A stretch of 42,164 nt of DNA, taken from Phoronis australis (lineage: Eukaryota; Animalia; Phoronida). A program made the position numbers and the translations under genes. A model generated the notes under the pieces. The model searched no databases. It was not told where the DNA came from and saw only the letters and a list, made by a program, of their open reading frames with translations. The stretch covers positions 397,244 to 439,407 of the forward strand of contig NMRA01000375.1 in NCBI GenBank assembly GCA_002633005.1, in the 5' to 3' direction. Positions within the stretch are counted from its first letter, which is position 1; every line of letters begins with the position of its first letter. Positions 38,482-42,164 of the stretch are shown here, piece after piece.

Positions 38482-40117
38482 CATTTTAGCCCAAAGATCG
38501 ACAAGTACAGAACGTTCAAAAAATAGCACTCAGCTGTTACGCAGTGTGGCTTCCCAGAGATTTCGTGGCCACGATGATGTCATATGAACCTCTTTACGCT
38601 GATTGGTTGAGATTTTTTCTGGGGCGCTCGAGGGGGCTACGAATTATGAGCAGTGTAATTTGCGTTGCAATTACTTACTTTCCGTGGTATGTACGAAGCA
38701 AAAACAATATTTTTTATGAACAATTCATACATTTCTGGTGTCAAAAAGGTGTTTTAGCCGCTGGACGCTTTCTTTATGCTTCAATTGAAAAAGACTTTAG
38801 CCTATTTCTTACTGATTTATGACATCTAAGTTCGTCATATGAATGTCATGATGTTTGTTCATCATCGCCCCCACCATCATCATATTCGTCCTCTTCGTCA
38901 TCATCTTCGTCATCATCTCAGTCGTTGCCTTTTCAGTTAATTTCACCAAGTGTCGCTCATTACTTGGCGGAATTGTTCCGCCAAGTATGTTGGTCTGACA
39001 GCAAGATTTTTTACTTAGCAAAACTAATAATATAGATAGAGTTTGGAACGGGCTTTCAGAAGATGTTTTTCATTTTTCGCTAGGACGTCTACTTTTTGAA
39101 TTATTTGAGATTTTTTGATAGCGCTGTTCCATTGTTTAGCGCTCTTACTGCATTGATGTTGGTTTAGTTTATTTGAATAAGACTGTAGCTTATTTCTTAC
39201 TAATTTATGACATCTAAGTTCGTCGTATGAATGTTATGATGTTGTTCATCATCGCCACCTTCATCATCACAATCATCATCCTCGTTAATTTTGCCTATTG
39301 TCGCTCAAGACTGTAGGTAGCACTGAACAGTCAGTCCGCAGCCACGGAGCATTTTCTAGTCCCTAGAATTTATGTTGAGGGCGTGTGTCAGGTTTGGCGG
39401 GTGTTTTGAGGAAATTGTTGGCAAAAATTGTTGCCAGGAAACTTATTTACTTGTGTTTTTGAATGAGAAAAGCCAAATTTTACCTACTTTTGATGCAAAC
39501 TGGTGGCTGTCATTTGCTATCAACCCCGACCTGTCGTCTGCTGTCCTAGAAACCGGGTGCGATTTCAGGTGGCTGTCAGACAGATCAAATTTTCCAAAAA
39601 GAAGCTGGTAAGAATTTAACTATGACCACATAGTTAGAATCTAGTGAGGACGAGCAGTCTGAATCTGTAGTCAGACTCTTTCTAGCACTTGCAGGAAAGT
39701 GGTTATTTCGGGGAGAAAATTGTCAAATTTGGCGTTTTTTTGCAAATAGTTTTGTGTGCCGGGATTTTCTTGCCATGTATATTAACCGATCAGAAATCTG
39801 TACAGTTCGATAAAGTTTTAAACGGACTTCCATGAGATATTTTTTATTTTTTGCTAGGACGTCTTAACTTTTCTAATTATTCGAGATTTTCTGATAACGC
39901 TGTTCCTTTGTTGAGCGATTTACTGCACAGTGATTGGTTCACTGAACAAGACAGTAACCTATTTCTTACTGATTTCTGACATCTTCAGTGGTCATATGAA
40001 TGTTATCGTGTTGCTCATAATCCCCACTATCACCATCAAAATCGTCATCGTCGGCGTCATCTCCGTCTTCGTCTTTTGGGTTAACTTCGCCAAGTGTTGC
40101 TCCTCCGAGCGCTCTCG

Positions 40118-40605
40118 TTTTGTTCTTGGGTCAATCCGCCATTTGTTCCCAGTTCCGTTATGTTTTAACCGTGGCTTTTTCAAGATTCAGAGAATATTCA
40201 GAATTTGTTTTACCTTCTTCCACCCACTGAGATTTACTTCTAACAATCATACCTTTTATTACTTGGGTTTGCAAAATTTCTAGGTTTAATTTGCATTTGT
40301 TTCGACATGTGTATTTAACTACTCGGTCTTTTAATAACTGTTTCTATTGTCTATTTCTAGAACATACGCGTATTTAAATTTGTATTGACTTGTGTCAAAT
40401 TTTCGTTTTTAAAAAATCCCAAGACATCTTTTCATCCTCTTTGTTCTCCGTCATGTAGTGATTAGCAATAATTTCTCCCATCTCATTCGTGTAGTCTTTT
40501 TCAAGAAGTAAGCTGTTATTTAATTTCCTGAAACACGGTCCTGGTTGAGAGTTACCAAGATTAACATTAGGCGTAATAGATGAATGATGCGAATATATAC
40601 AAGAG
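40118..40605 (-). mobile_element. Tx1/L1-clade LINE ORF2 fragment (end of APE plus linker)
   Basis: YSHHSSIT (SDH-like), GPCFRKLNNSLLLEKDY, WDFLKTKI, then after a frameshift IKGMIVRSKSQWVEEGKTNSEYSLNLEK. Confidence 0.85.
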
Positions 40606-40689
40606 CAACGCAGTGCTTTGAGCTGCGCCCACGAATGCAATGTAAACGGTTTGCTTCTGGGGGTGTTTAGTTGTTTCCTAATAATGGCC

Positions 40690-41220
40690 ATTAGATGCCG
40701 CAAAATACGTCGATGGCTTGTACGGCCGCTATGCAGATGTTCTAAAGAAACATGAAATTTAAAAATAATTAAGGTCTGACCAATGTTGCTCGAGACAAAG
40801 TTCCTCCATTTCCGCGTGCCGTTATCGTGTACGTTAATACTAATATGTTTCATTAATGCATACTACAGTGTGTAATGTCGTATTGAAAATAACAAATTGT
40901 GCGTGGTCTGATCAAGGAGAGTAGTACTCTCCTTGGTATGACCATGCTCAATCGATATGAAGTTCGTACATTTCTGTGTAACGTTATCGTATACATTACT
41001 ACTCTACTTAATAAATGCACATTTTAAACTTTTACGGAAAATGACGAATTGTATCGATGAGTGTGATCTAGTTGCATTCGTGGTATATCTGGTTTATGTC
41101 ACAAATCAGCAATCATCCCCATCGCTGGTCAAGTCTTTACTACAAAAGGTTGCATATCACTTAAAATCAAAAAGAGAGTGAGACCCAACAAGGTTGTGTT
41201 ATCTAAGAGTCCCTCCAGAG
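40690..41220. repeat. Diverged copy of the intron/exon junction region at about 17950-18300
   Basis: aaaataattaaggtctgaccaa...aagttcctccattt...gttatcgtgta matches aaaataattaaggcctgaccaa...aagttcgtccattt...gttctcgtgta at 18001. Part of it is tandemly repeated at about 40940-41100. Confidence 0.7.
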
Positions 41221-42164
41221 GAACTTTTTAAGAATGATTCCATATAAAACCATATGAAAATGAAAAATCACTATATACTCAAAAATTCATACAGAACTAA
41301 TACTTTGTGCATGTGTTGGGATGCTGGCCCAAAGTACACTGCTGCAATATTTGCACTCAATGACCTTTGGTTACCGAGATATGACCTATTTGGCTATCAA
41401 GTCATATTTTGCATTTCTTCATGTCAGTAAAACTGCATTTTTTGAACGGCAAAAAATCAGACTTGGAAACCTGGTGACAAAGTTTGACATTGATGGTCAT
41501 AAAGACTTATGTAAGGTTAGTAAGAAAATGAAATTTGCAACTCATAGGTACAATTAAATTTCCAGCAGGGGAGAAAACTCCGAGTCCACTTTCCAGGCCA
41601 GTCACAAGTGGCAAGATGTTGCTTAACCTACCTTCTATATCGGAATATATTTGAAGTTGAAATTCTCTTTGTAGACACTTTTAAGATTGAACTTTGATAA
41701 TTGCTTTTAAAAAAACTTGTCTCTTTTATATTTAATTTTAAACGTGGCCCTCGAATTTGGGCATTCTTTTGATGTGGCCTTGCTCTGACTGACAAGAGAG
41801 TTGAGGCTACTCTTTTAGTTTAGAGATATCACCTAAAATATATGATATAATATCAACAATGCAATATCGCAAAAATTTAAATTTCATTTTTGAGACCCCA
41901 ATTTTCTAAAACACTCCATTCTTTGTTTAACTTTACCAATAGCACTTTAGGGTTCGAGATTACATGCACTTCCTGTCACTGCAAAGAATATGGAGGAATT
42001 TCCTTCTTGTACATTTGGACATTTGGTCAATTTTCGTTACATACGTGTGATCGCGGAGGAAATGTGGCCTTATTTAGCCGTGTTAAATACGTCAGAAGTC
42101 ATCTGAGGTCGTGCAAAGTGCCACAGAAGTTTGAAAGTATATCGGAATTACAGCTGATTCTTGC

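Larger units (their letters stand above)
36247..38773 (-). mobile_element. ~2.5 kb insertion carrying a THAP relic (Kolobok-like)
   Basis: It interrupts an array unit between ...cattgatgttgg and ...cttcaattgaa. It starts (c)taaAGG and its termini are only weakly complementary. Confidence 0.55.
31811..40120 (+). repeat. Tandem array of ~1.1-1.2 kb Helentron/HINE (DINE-1-like) units with nested insertions
   Basis: Four near-full units (about 31980, 33050, 34190, 35340) plus partial units (38790-39310, 39810-40120). The units share aatcggatccaagatggcg, gcgcatgcgcacc, accggaagttgcttt and (GTC/ATC)n tracts. The hairpin tttttacTTGGCGGAAttcTTCCGCCAAgta is at about 31915, with variants at about 31818 and 38963. 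Confidence 0.8.

Noticed and set aside
40395-40853. 152-aa ORF as a gene
   Set aside because: It is a chimera of intron, a possible exon start and a Tx1 ORF2 fragment.

Overview
This is repeat-rich animal genomic DNA, with spliceosomal introns and decayed transposons. A marine invertebrate source is my inference, and most ORF-track entries are spurious. The main gene is a minus-strand, multi-exon NKPD1/Kidins220-like KAP-family P-loop NTPase with four predicted TM segments. The 680-aa ORF (8557-10599) lacks Walker A. That motif (GVYGSWGAGKT) lies in an exon at 12251-12460 that the track misses, and it joins in frame only through a GC-AG intron. Further phase-compatible, low-complexity exons lie upstream. 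At 30923-31195, on the same strand, is an exon with a canonical RHIM motif (VTFSGKTGNVQIGNYNTMNV). This suggests either a RHIM-KAP NTPase fusion or a linked RHIM-adaptor/KAP pair, i.e. a candidate amyloid-signalling immune or cell-death locus. The linkage is unproven and the 5' exons show signs of decay. The rest is a nest of mobile elements: Sola1-like, AcademX-like, RecQ-like, IS3EU-like and THAP relics, a TTAA-flanked TIR element containing an LTR/PBS relic, MITEs, and a Tx1/L1 fragment split by an ~8.3 kb Helentron/HINE-like tandem array. All translations and family assignments were made by eye, without database searches.
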